NCBI RefSeq assembly: GCF_001194135.2
Contig: NC_068984.1
Span: 127,829,301-127,863,474 of the forward strand
DNA: 34,174 bases
Reading direction: 5' to 3'
Origin: Octopus bimaculoides
Taxonomy: Eukaryota
In this document: piece after piece, positions 1 to 9,809 of the stretch
How the letters are laid out: every line of letters begins with the position of its first letter
Numbering within the stretch: position 1 is the stretch's first letter
Program-made: the position numbers and the translations under genes
The notes under the pieces: model-generated
What the model was told of the DNA's origin: nothing
What the model saw: the letters and a program-made list of their open reading frames with translations, nothing else
Databases searched by the model: none

Positions 1-206
1 TATAAGAATATCGGCAATCTGTACTGATGATAAATAGATACTTTTATTTTGGAAGTATTGATTTTGAAACTATAGTCTGCAGATAATCGTGGTATGTACA
101 ATTTTCACTGGTCTAGCCTGCCTGTTTTTGCTCCGCTGAATCCGTATTTGAGAATTTTTTAAGTGAGCTTCTTCTAGCATATTGACAGATCGGTCACTGG
201 TCAATC

Positions 207-218
207 TTATATACACAA

Positions 219-279
<61 letters not shown>

Positions 280-430
280 TATATATATGCACACATGTAT
301 ACATATGCATATACAAATACATATATATACATACACCTATACATATATATTCATACATAAATGTATAGGTGTGTATATATATATACACATAAAAATGCAC
401 ATATATATAATTGCACACATTCACAAATAT
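207..430. repeat. Compound (AT)n/(AC)n microsatellite and low-complexity tract
   Basis: Direct: long TA run, CA run and degenerate ATAC/ATAT; explains the Y/I/H/T/C/V-rich ORFs at 70-436. Confidence 0.95.
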
Positions 431-934
431 ATATAGCGCATATTGTTTATATTGTATACATTATGCATATGTATGTCTGTGTGTATGTGAATAGTTACAC
501 AACACACATTTTTAACATGCAATGACATCCCCAAAAACAAAAACAAAAAAAAAAGTAAAAATTTCAGTATTTGCCTGAACTGTTACAGGAATCTTCTTTG
601 TTATGGCTGAATTACCTCTCTGCTACTGATCACTGAAGCATGATACAGAATTGGTACAAATTGCTTTTATTTCAATTCAAGATTTACTCATGGAAGACAA
701 GAATAACAATTTTAATTTAAACCTATTTGACAAGTGGGAAATCTCTTTCCTTCTAGCCTATAGGATGTGAACTCTTGTTCTCTTACGTTGCTTCTAGAAT
801 ATTTTCTGCTTCCTTAGCTTTAGAAATTCATAGAATATTCTCAATAGGCTACTTCATATTTTCCAAGTTTATTCTGAGCTACTAAATAATTTTAAGGAGA
901 TAATTTTAGAAGTAAGCAAGTTAAACATTGAAAA

Positions 935-1050
935 CAAAAATGGAAGAATGTGTGTATGTGTATGTGAATGTGAGTGTGTACCTATGTGCCTGTGTTTGTG
1001 CATTTATGTATATATATGCATGCATGAATGTATGTATGCATGTATGTATG

Positions 1051-1084
<34 letters not shown>

Positions 1085-1154
1085 TGTATGTATGTACGTT
1101 TGTATGTATGTATATATGCATGCATGCATGCATGTATGTATGTGTGTGTGTGTG

Positions 1155-1187
<33 letters not shown>

Positions 1188-1590
1188 CACTATATGTTCA
1201 CATGTACACATATATGTATGTATTTATATATATGTATATATAATNNNNNNNNNNNNNNNNNNNNNNNNNNNNNNNNNNNNNNNNNNNNNNNNNNNNNNNN
1301 NNNNNNNNNNNNNNNNNNNNNNNNNNNNNNNNNNNNNNNNNNNNNNNNNNNNNNNNNNNNNNNNNNNNNNNNNNNNNNNNNNNNNNNNNNNNNNNNNNNN
1401 NNNNNNNNNNNNNNNNNNATATATATATATATATAGTATAATATAATACATATAATATAATATAGTATTATATTTAGCTCAAACACCCTGTACATATACA
1501 TACATGCATACATGCATAAATACATGTGTGTGTGTGCGTGTGTGCGTGTGTGTGCGTGTGTGCGTGTGTGCGTGTGTGTGTGTGTGTGTG
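935..1590. repeat. (GTAT)n/(GT)n/(AT)n compound microsatellite spanning an assembly gap (N 1245-1418)
   Basis: Direct: GTAT tetramers, GT and AT dimers and GTGTGC hexamers; N run inside. Confidence 0.95.
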
Positions 1591-1850
1591 AAGGTGCATG
1601 GCTTAGTGGTTAGAGTGCTGCACTCATGATTGCAAGATTGTGGGTTTGATTCCCAGACCGGGTGTTGTGTTGTGTTCTTGAGCAAAGCACTTCACTTCAT
1701 GTTGCTCTGCAATAATTTCAACATCTGACATGTAGCACCCATTGCACCTGTACAGGTAATGTCAATCTGATGGAGGGAGTGAGCTTATTTGATTCCTATA
1801 AACAAATCATCTGTGTGGTTGTTCGATAAGAAATTGTCGAAATTTCATAT
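1591..1850 (+). mobile_element. tRNA-derived SINE, family D, decayed
   Basis: Pol III A-box-like TGGCTTAGTGGTTAG and B-box-like GGGTTTGATTCCC, then TGTGTTCTTGAGCAAAGCACTTCACTTCATGTTGCTC, which is also seen at 14867 and 28333. Confidence 0.8.
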
Positions 1851-2097
1851 GTTGTTATATGCCACCAGAAGAGAGAAGGAAGAAATCAAATGACTGCAGA
1901 GAAACGTTTGACAAATTCAACCTCATTCTCCACCAATATTACCATGCAGTCAATGCTATAGATTCTTCTATGGAAGAATTGGTCTACAGAGTCATCAACA
2001 TAATCACCATAAAGGAAGTGTTCAGCAAAGAAGAAACTAAATTCTTGGATATGAGATAAAGCCACTGCTGCCAACAATATATATATATTATACTAAG

Positions 2098-2490
2098 GCA
2101 GCAAGCTGGCAGAAACGTTAGCACGTCGGGTGAAATGCTTAGTAGTATTTCGTCTGTCTTTATGTTCTGACGTCTCTGCTCTGAGGAATCCCTGTCTATT
2201 CTGTAGACTAAAGAGAAGATCATTAATAGAATTTATGAAAGACTCTTGAGATGCCTACATGCATATAAATTGTACTTTCACGCAATGCAGTGGGAATGAA
2301 TTTTGAGTAACTGTTAACATAATTTACTTCAAGTTATGGATGAATTAAGGTATGTTCTGAGGTCAACTTTGCCTTTCATCCTTTTAGGGGTCGATAAATT
2401 AAGTACCAGTTACGCATTGGGGTCGATGTAATCGACTTAAACCCTTTGTTTGTCCCCTCTATGTTTAGCCCCTTGTGGGCAAGAAAGAAA
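2098..2490 (+). mobile_element. tRNA-derived SINE, family C, split by a 180-bp insertion (2171-2350)
   Basis: Head GCTGGCAGAAACGTTAGCACG..GAAATGCTTAG..TATTTCGTCTGTCTTTA and body GCCTTTCATCCTTT.GGGGTCGATAAATTAAGTACCAG match reverse-strand copies at 10833, 16562 and 19215. Confidence 0.85.
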
Positions 2491-2600
2491 TAAGAAACGT
2501 TAGCATGCCGGGCGAAATGCTTAGCGGTATTTCATCTGTCTTTACGTTCTGAGTTCAAATTCCGCTGAGGTCGACTTTGCCTTTCATCCTTTCAGGGTCG
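2491..2600 (+). mobile_element. Second family C SINE head fused to the tail of the previous copy
   Basis: AGAAACGTTAGCATGCCGGGCGAAATGCTTAGCGG..GAGTTCAAATTCC (B box)..GGTCGACTTTGCCTTTCATCC; ends in (GA)n. Confidence 0.85.
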
Positions 2601-2724
2601 AGAGAGAGAGAGAGCAACAGAGAGACAGATAGATAAACTGACAGAGAGAGAGAGATAGAGAGAAAAATATCAGAGACAAACCTATGTGCTCAATGAAAAT
2701 GTGATGAATTAATAGAATCCTTAA

Positions 2725-2835
2725 CACACCTGACGAAATTGCTTTTCAGCATTTGTTTTTGGTCTTTATGTTCTGAGTTCAAATCCCATCCATGTCAACT
2801 TTATCACTTATCCTTTCAAGAAAAGATAAAATAAA
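2725..2835 (+). mobile_element. Degenerate family C SINE fragment
   Basis: GTCTTTATGTTCTGAGTTCAAATCCC..GTCAACTTT..TATCCTTTCAAG..GATAAAATAAATTAC. Confidence 0.6.
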
Positions 2836-2889
2836 TTACGGAGATGTACTTGCATAGCAAGTGACTTGATCATGTGCTGAAACAAAAAC

Positions 2890-3184
2890 AATTGCAGCGT
2901 GGAAAGTGTTTATAAACCATTTAAAAAGAAACACACACAAAAAAAAAACACACACACACACACACAAAAACCTGTTAGATTCACTTCAACATTTAAATTT
3001 AATTTGTGTCAAAATATTTTTGTCACTTTAAAATCGCAACAAAATTTTGTCATTGAAAAGTTTATGGTTTCAAAGCGACAAAAATATTTTGACACAAATT
3101 AAATTTAAATGTTGAAGTGAATCTAATGGTTTTTGTGCTTGTTTTTTTTTTAAATGGCTTATAAACACCTTCCACACTGCAATT
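2890..3184. mobile_element. Foldback/MITE-like palindromic element
   Basis: Direct: 2975-3024 is the exact reverse complement of 3077-3126 (50 bp). Arms extend with mismatches to 2890 and 3184; loop about 34 bp. The + and - ORF translations share VYKPFKKK..RFTSTFKFNLCQNIFV.LK. Confidence 0.85.
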
Positions 3185-3653
3185 ATAAAATAGATTGCCA
3201 TTTTGATATAGTGGATTAGCAGAACTGCTAGAATAGTGGCTAAAATGGTTTGTCACATTTGTTCCTTACTCTTTATGTTCTGAGCTGCAAACTTGTCTCT
3301 ATTTGTTCATTCAACTAAAGGCTATACTGAAAATGGAAGCATATAGGTGGATGACAAGTCTGATTGTTACCAGTATTGGTTCCCCTTAATGAAGCAGTCT
3401 ACTCAGCAGCTGTCAAGATCTCAGAATGATTTACAGAAATAGCATTTTTCCTTTTTCTTTTTGTTTTGCATGTGAAGGACATTTCTTTTTCTCAATTTTC
3501 TAGTGAAGAGGAAAAGCAATTCTCATGACTCTTGACAGGGCCTCAAAAATAGCTGAGAGGGAAGGAAGTAGGGAAAGAGATATCCTCAAACAAGAGACTT
3601 GGCCCAAATGATTGTAAAAGAGTGGACTTTGTTAAAGGTACTGAAGGTGTAAA

Positions 3654-3662
3654 ATCATCATC

Positions 3663-3703
<41 letters not shown>

Positions 3704-4135
3704 TTAATGTCTGTTTTCCATGCTGGCATGGTATGGACAGTTTCACAGGAGCTGGCAAGGCCAGGTGCTACACCAGGTTCCATAGTCTGTTTTGACATAG
3801 TTTCTATGACTGGATGCCCTTCCTAATGCCAACCCCTTTACAGAGTGTACTGGGTGCTTTAAATGTGGCACCAGCACCAGTGCTTTCTACATGGCACCTG
3901 CACCAGTACTTTTTACATGGCACCATCACCGTGCTTTTTATGTGGGTGGGCAGCTCTTCTTGAGTACAGCAATGCACCATATATCTTGATCCTTTGTCAT
4001 CATCTTGGTCTTTGTCTTCTCTCACTGTTTTGAGGTCAGCCTTCAATACGTCATCTCATGTCTTCCTAGATCTCCCTCTTCCATAACTTGCATCCACTTT
4101 AAGTGATTAGCACGTCTTTATAAAACTGTCCAGTG
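3654..4135 (-). mobile_element. 3' end of an RTE-type LINE: decayed ORF C-terminus, 26-bp tandem repeats, family E tail and (GAT)n
   Basis: Minus translation DSFIKTC*SLKVDASYGRGRSRKT*DDVLKADLKT matches the RTE-clade C-terminal pattern (KKC.SL.VEG..GRGRPRKTW); followed by GGCATTAGGAAGGGCATCCAG..CCATGCCAGCATGGAAAACAGACATTAAATGATGATG. Confidence 0.75.
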
Positions 4136-4394
4136 ATGTTAAACTAGGCAAGGGATTAAGTATATCACATGTGCAGACCATAGGGAGATTTAAACTTAGA
4201 ATGTAAAGAGCAAAAACAAATACCACAAGATGTCCCAACATTCTTACAGGTCTGCCAGACTGTCACAATTATACATTTTAATCAGCCTCCAAAAGTTAAT
4301 GAGTAACTTGACCTCTATGCTTTTTTTTATGCTGGCATCACTTACAAAATGATGTTCTGCAATTGTATCTGGTAACTTGCAGTTTGATGAAGAG

Positions 4395-4515
4395 ATTGAT
4401 AAAATAAGTGAAAAATCTTTTTAAAAAATACGTCCTTGGGTTGATAAAACTGACTAAAACCTTTCAAAATGATGCTCCAGCCTGGTCACAGTCCAATGGT
4501 AAATGATTCAAACAA
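4395..4515 (+). mobile_element. Degenerate 3' part of family A/B SINE
   Basis: GATAAAATAAGT..GTCCTTGGGTTGAT..GACTAAAA..TGCTCCAGCCTGGTCACAGTC..AAATGA resembles the tails at 11945 and 12173. Confidence 0.55.
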
Positions 4516-4549
4516 TAACCCCTCATCTACAAGCATGGCCCTACTTCAT

Positions 4550-4810
4550 TGGCTCACTTTCATACATTTAATCACACTTCACAAAAATTTTGTATACTTC
4601 ACTCATTCACCAACCCCATCACTCCATTTTATTGATTTCCATCCAGAAAATCTTTCAATGTTTCTCCATTTCTCTCTGCACCGGTAGTCTGAAAAATAAA
4701 CCAGGAAGAAATGCATTGATTATAGACTTAACTGAAAGAGGAAGCCATCTATGTCTTTGTGACATTCACAAAGAATTTCTCCATCTCCTTCCACCTTCAA
4801 AGTCATTGGC
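4550..4810 (-). pseudogene. Possible highly decayed LINE APE-endonuclease N-terminal fragment
   Basis: Minus translation has KDIDGFLFQ and KWSDGVGE*V..SVIKCMKVS, loosely like RTE APE motifs (IDICCLQE; DGVGGVGI..VIEV.RV). Weak, by eye only. Confidence 0.25.
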
Positions 4811-5154
4811 TTCAAATTTCTTACTTGGATGATATTACATCTTCTTCCATGTTTGAACTTGTCAGATCCTCCTTTCAGGCAGTCTTTGATACTTTCTGTG
4901 TGTCTGTCAGCGTTCCCCTTGTTCTATTTCTGGTCTACTATTCCTATCATCGATGCCACCCTGCCTCTTCACCCAAGTGCCATCGGTCATTCTTTAACAT
5001 TCAAACACATCAGTTCATTCAAGCATTTCTATACAGAAACATCTTTTATGTTGCCGAAGAAAAGAAGAGAAAAGGAAAGAAAAAGAAAAAAAAATTTCTC
5101 TGTTGTGTGAAGTTTTGTCAGTTTTTCAATAATTTGATTTGAAGCTGTAGGTTT

Positions 5155-5166
5155 CACACACACACA

Positions 5167-5222
<56 letters not shown>

Positions 5223-5462
5223 GAAACAAATGCACACATATATGCATGTGTGTGCAGACACACACACACACGCACATATGTGTGTGTATGTATATATATA
5301 TAATATATCTGTCTAATTTTTCCTATCTCTCTGTCTTTCAGTCTGTGTGTCTTTCTGTTTGTTTGTTGGCCTGCTTGTCTGTGTGTGTGTCTGTGTGTGT
5401 GTCTGTGTGTGTGTGTGTGTGTGTGAGTGTGTATGAGTGTGTGTGCGCGTGTGTGTGTGTCA

Positions 5463-5493
<31 letters not shown>

Positions 5494-5560
5494 TCTCTCT
5501 ATATATATATCTGCCTATCTGTCTATCCATCTCTCTATTTGTCTGTCTGTCTGTCTATGT
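5155..5560. repeat. (CA)n, (GT)n, (CT)n and (GTCT)n compound microsatellite
   Basis: Direct. Confidence 0.95.
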
Positions 5561-5745
5561 ATCTATTTATTAATTCCTATTATTTTTATATATCTCTTTC
5601 CCTCACTTGCACAGGAAGGTTGGTTGGATCTGCTTTAACACAGTGCTTTGCATTTGTTTGTAATCTTTGTTACTTCATTCATGAAGTCCATCATTCTGAG
5701 ACCACATTCCTTGGCACTTCTTCACCCAACTGTCACTCTCCACCT

Positions 5746-6092
5746 CATTGTTTTCAGTCATGTTTGTTTGTTTGTTTGTCTGTGGACAAGATATCACAAG
5801 ACCCACTGAATGGATTCTGATGAAACTTTCAGGGATGTTTGGCCTTGTGGCTGGCACAAACTTATTAGATTTTGGGATCAATCTGGTACTGGACAAAGAT
5901 TCTGGATTATATTTTCGTTTTTTTTTTTTGCTTAAGTTTTGAGAGCAGTCAGGTTCATTTTTAGTAATCTTGTTTGTGAGAGCACTCGAGTTTAATTCAG
6001 AAATTCTCATTTTAAAAATCATCTCCAGATAATCGTTGGTAGGACGTTGATGTTGCCTTGGCAGAGGTTTGCATTCTCTGAATGCACTTGTT
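5746..6092 (+). mobile_element. Helentron-associated non-autonomous element (HINE/DINE-1-like)
   Basis: 5' ATTGTTTTCAGTCATG(TTTG)nTCTGTGGACAAGATATC..GGATTCTGATGAAACTTTCAGGG; 3' subterminal motif GGCAGAGGT, then a perfect 7-bp hairpin TGCATTC-TCT-GAATGCA (6070-6086) and CTTGTT. This is HINE architecture; the 5' subTIR is not clearly preserved. Confidence 0.7.
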
Positions 6093-6345
6093 TTATGTAT
6101 GAATGGATATCATCATACTATCAACATCATCATCTTTTAACTGTCTCTTTTTCCATGTACATACATATATGTACATATACATCTTTTACTTCTAATATGA
6201 TTTTATCAGTGGCCAGTATATTAAAAATACCTTTTAAAGTGAAAATTATAAACAGTTATAAATAAGTGCAAAAGAAAAAAATTTTCTTTGCCAATATGCT
6301 GAAAAATAAACTTTAGATTGTCTAACCACATACGATATTTTTCAG

Positions 6346-6412
6346 CACATACGATAATGTGCTGGAGTCAGAAGAGAATGAATGTCTTGAATTGACACTG
6401 TCACCATGAACA
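6346..6412 (+). other. Candidate 67-bp exon (5' UTR plus ATG AAC A, phase-1 donor)
   Basis: Acceptor ATATTTTTCAG|, donor CA|GTAAGT (consensus), Kozak-like CACCATGA at 6402-6409. All three frames have stops upstream of the ATG. No partner exon identified. Confidence 0.3.
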
Positions 6413-6760
6413 GTAAGTTTCCCTAAATTTTACACATACAAAGTAAGGATGGCTGTGAAATTTGACATCTTATCTCAACTGAGTTGAGCAAAAGCAAGTT
6501 AAATCAATGAAACCAGGCTTAGTCAAGCATAGAAAAAGATGTATACTGCTTTTGGATATATATATATATATGTATACATGTACATCCCTGAGTACATTTT
6601 TATGTTACTAAACTATGCTAATTATGTTCTGCCTGTGCATAAATCACTCTCTCCTGTTACATGATCATATATACTATCATGTAAAAAAAGCAAAAACAAA
6701 CTGTGTACCCTATGGCAGCATTAAAAAATCTGATGTAAAATTATAATGATAATAATGTTG

Positions 6761-6829
6761 ATATATATATATATATAGATAGATAGATAGATCTATATCT
6801 ATAAATACATGTGCGTATCTATCTATCTA

Positions 6830-6902
<73 letters not shown>
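6761..6902. repeat. (AT)n(AGAT)n .. (ATCT)n(AT)n inverted compound microsatellite
   Basis: Direct. Confidence 0.95.
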
Positions 6903-6905
<3 letters not shown>

Positions 6906-7601
6906 ATCAACTATTCTTCACCGATACCATCCTGTAGCTGAATCACTTGATGTGTAGTAAACCTTGTATTTATTGCAAAACTCAGCTGTTAAGAAAATCT
7001 TGTATTCAACCTCTTGGGAAATCTAAATGCCAATACATTAACATCGTCCAGGAAATCTATTTTACTTCAATCGAACCACTTCAATGCAATCTTCCACTAA
7101 CATCCCAAACAGTTCAAACTTCATCTCAAAAGATTTCTTTGAAAAAATTCCAGACACACTTCCTGACCTGGATATACTTCTCTGAAAAACAACTCTCTCT
7201 GATCTAACTGGTAAATGTGATATGCTTCTGCATTCATATACAGTTACAAGGTGGTATTAATCATTTAACTTTGATCCAACTAGTTACCTGCTGAGATCTG
7301 TTTGAGGATATTCATGTATATATTTAGGCTTCAAAAATATAAACTCTGAAATAATAATGAATTTTTATCCAGCTTACGGGCTAATTATGACACCAGTAAT
7401 TTGTATTTCACTGATTTTTCTATATCAGTATAAGTTAAATTGGTTTTAGCACGAGTTTGCTAGTGGATGCTTGCTACTGATGATGCTCAAGAAACAGAAA
7501 TGCGAAGACAAAATGTTAACATAAGAAATGAAGAGACATGCACTAATTGTTATCATATATGTAGAGTACGGCTATTTAGAAATTACCAACTTTCTAAAGT
7601 T

Positions 7602-7639
<38 letters not shown>

Positions 7640-7750
7640 ACACATACACACACACATACATACACACATACATACATTCGTACATATGCATGCACATACA
7701 TACATAGATACACACATACACACAAACATACATACACACATACACACACA
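7602..7750. repeat. (CA)n/(TACA)n microsatellite
   Basis: Direct. Confidence 0.95.
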
Positions 7751-7889
7751 TTTTTCGTTTTGAAAAATAAAAATTTATTTTATGGTTTGTTATTGTTTAT
7801 ATTTTGAATTACATAATCTTTTATGGGGGCACCAAAATCTTTTAAGTGCTTAGGGCCTCGATGGGTCTTAATCCAGCCTTGACAGAGAT

Positions 7890-7924
7890 ACATACATGCA
7901 TGAATACATACATACATACATACA

Positions 7925-7956
<32 letters not shown>

Positions 7957-8095
7957 AACAAAAATACCATGTTGTTGATGTTGAAATTACCACTGAAGGA
8001 GCTTTGGATCTAGATTAGAAACTGGCTCTTTCTCTATTGGCAAGAAATCTTGAAAAAAAAACTGAACAATAACATACATACATACACACATACAT
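7890..8095 (-). repeat. (TACA)n-associated short interspersed repeat, reverse orientation
   Basis: GGAGCTTTGGATCTAGATTAGAAACTGGCTC is the reverse complement of the GAGCTGGTTTCTAAC..AAGCTCC motif at 17755, 18275 and 31448; flanked by CATA runs. Confidence 0.55.
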
Positions 8096-8114
8096 GCATA
8101 AAAAGTAATAGTTC

Positions 8115-8385
8115 AGCTTTGTTGTTGGAGAAATACTATTGATTGTATCTTCCTGGTGAGGCAACTGCAGGAGAATTACTTAGCCAGGAGTCAGCCAATA
8201 TACTTGGTGTAAGTTGACAGGATTTCCAACACCATGATTTGGTGGTCACAGAGGAAACTAGAATTAGATGAATGACTTATGAGAGTTGTAGAAGCCATCT
8301 TCTGAAGCACTTGTCAAATGGTTTTCCTGTGTCTTTTCAGACATGAATTGGTCTGTCCTCAGTGCTTATGACTTTATATTTATGT
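8115..8385 (+). pseudogene. Decayed RTE-type LINE reverse-transcriptase fragment
   Basis: Translation NTIDCIFLVRQLQENYLARSQPIYLV*VDRISNTMIWWSQRKLELDE*LMRVVEAIF..WSVLSAYDFIF matches RTE RT (STTDAIFLVRQLQEKYL..LYMAFVD..IWWS.RKLGIDEWLVR..QGSVLSPLLFI). Confidence 0.8.
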
Positions 8386-8456
8386 ATGCATGCATGTATG
8401 TATGTATGTATGTATGTATGTATGTATGTATGTATGTATATACATACATATATATG

Positions 8457-8491
<35 letters not shown>

Positions 8492-8574
8492 GCTTATATA
8501 TATATATATGTATTTCGTTTTTGAATTTCTTTTGCAAGGTCTGTAGATCTTGGAGTGAGTTGGGAGTCACAGGT

Positions 8575-8825
8575 CAATGAAAAGGTTACAAACAGTAATG
8601 AAAGAACTTCAATGGACAAACAAACAACCTATCGATTATTTAACCAACATGTTAAACAAACAGTCAAATAGTTAGTTGATTAGATATCTAACCAATTGAC
8701 TAACAATAAAGAAGCAGAATTGAACCTGTGCATGTGTTAGTATTATTGGTATAACGAGTCTCCCAAGACACAACAAAATCTATATTTGTATGTATTTGTT
8801 TTTATGTTCAATTATAATAAAAACA
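8575..8825 (+). repeat. Unclassified AT-rich interspersed repeat, copy 1
   Basis: Aligns by eye with 30035-30280: GTTGATTAGATAT.TAA..AATTGAC.AACAATAAAGAAG..TTGAACC..TG..TGTGTTA.TAT.ATTGG.ATAA. Confidence 0.7.
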
Positions 8826-8929
8826 ATTTATAAGGCACAAAAACAATGACTCTCCCCAGACACAACAGAATATATATATATATATGCACACACACACAAC
8901 TACGTATATATGTATATATATATATATTG

Positions 8930-8985
8930 TGAGGGAGGGCATCCAGCTGTAGATACTATGCCAAATCAGACTGGAGTCTGGATAT
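8930..8985 (+). mobile_element. Family E fragment
   Basis: AGGGCATCCAGCTGTAGATACTATGCCAAATCAGACTGGAG. Confidence 0.65.
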
Positions 8986-9778
8986 ATATATATATATAAA
9001 CAAATAGAGAAACGAGGCAAGCAACATAAAGAGTATACCCCTTCGTCAGTTGCCCCTGTTTCATCTACTCCGCATTTCGAAGGCAAAGACAATACGCAAC
9101 TTCATTGAAACAGTCCTTCTCGCAAAGCAAATTAAATAAAATTTGCGACTTTTTGCGGAGGGTGAAAGTGTTAACAAGAACAGGAGAGTGAGAACAAGAC
9201 AATAAAAACAAACGGTGAGGGCTGTTAAGCCAAGACGATAGAAAAATTATTATGAACTATGTTGCATGTTTCGTTTCTCTGTTTGTTATTTTCATTGTTT
9301 GAAAAAAGTTCGTTTTCTATGCTTTCGTTTTTATGTTTTCATTTCTCGTTGTGTTTAGCGTTTTTTTTTATGTCCTGTACCCATATATGCATGTATGTAT
9401 ACATATAGATGTAGGTAGGTACATATATGTATGGATATATGCATATATTTACATATCATTTATATTATATATNNNNNNNNNNNNNNNNNNNNNNNNNNNN
9501 NNNNNNNNNNNNNNNNNNNNNNNNNNNNNNNNNNNNNNNNNNNNNNNNNNNNNNNNNNNNNNNNNNNNNNNNNNNNNNNNNNNNNNNNNNNNNNNNNNNN
9601 NNNNNNNNNNNNNNNNNNNNNNNNNNNNNNNNNNNNNNNNNNNNNNNNNNNNNNNNNNNNNNNNNNNNNNNNNNNNNNNNNNNNNNNNNNNNNNNNNNNN
9701 NNNNNNNNNNNNNNNNNNNNNNNNNNNNNNNNNNNNNNNNNNNNNNNNNNNNNNNNNNNNNNNNNNNNNNNNNNNNNN

Positions 9779-9809
<31 letters not shown>

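Noticed and set aside
568-636. Possible exon after TTTCAG (YLPELLQESSLLWLNYLSATDH*)
   Set aside because: Only 22 codons, purine-rich upstream of the AG, no supporting context.
1591-1670. tRNA genes at the SINE heads
   Set aside because: A/B boxes are present, but there is no complete cloverleaf and each continues into a shared SINE body.
1859-2059. 66-aa ORF MPPEERRKKSND..FLDMR with protein-like composition
   Set aside because: No recognisable family, no convincing donor, and a length expected many times by chance at this AT content; it sits between two SINEs.
7476-7500. Hammerhead-like CTGATGA..GAAAC
   Set aside because: No stem II pairing and no stem I/III complement; not a foldable ribozyme.
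7822-7882. GC-rich MITE-like ends here and at 21618-21790
   Set aside because: Resemble DNA-transposon termini (CAGGGCCG-type), but matching TIRs and TSDs could not be shown.
8322-8362. Minus-strand CTGAGGA-CAGAC..GTCT-GAAA hammerhead-like motif, and a strong-looking plus acceptor at 8340
   Set aside because: The stem II register is wrong and stem III is absent; the sequence is explained by the RTE RT fragment (SVLS motif).
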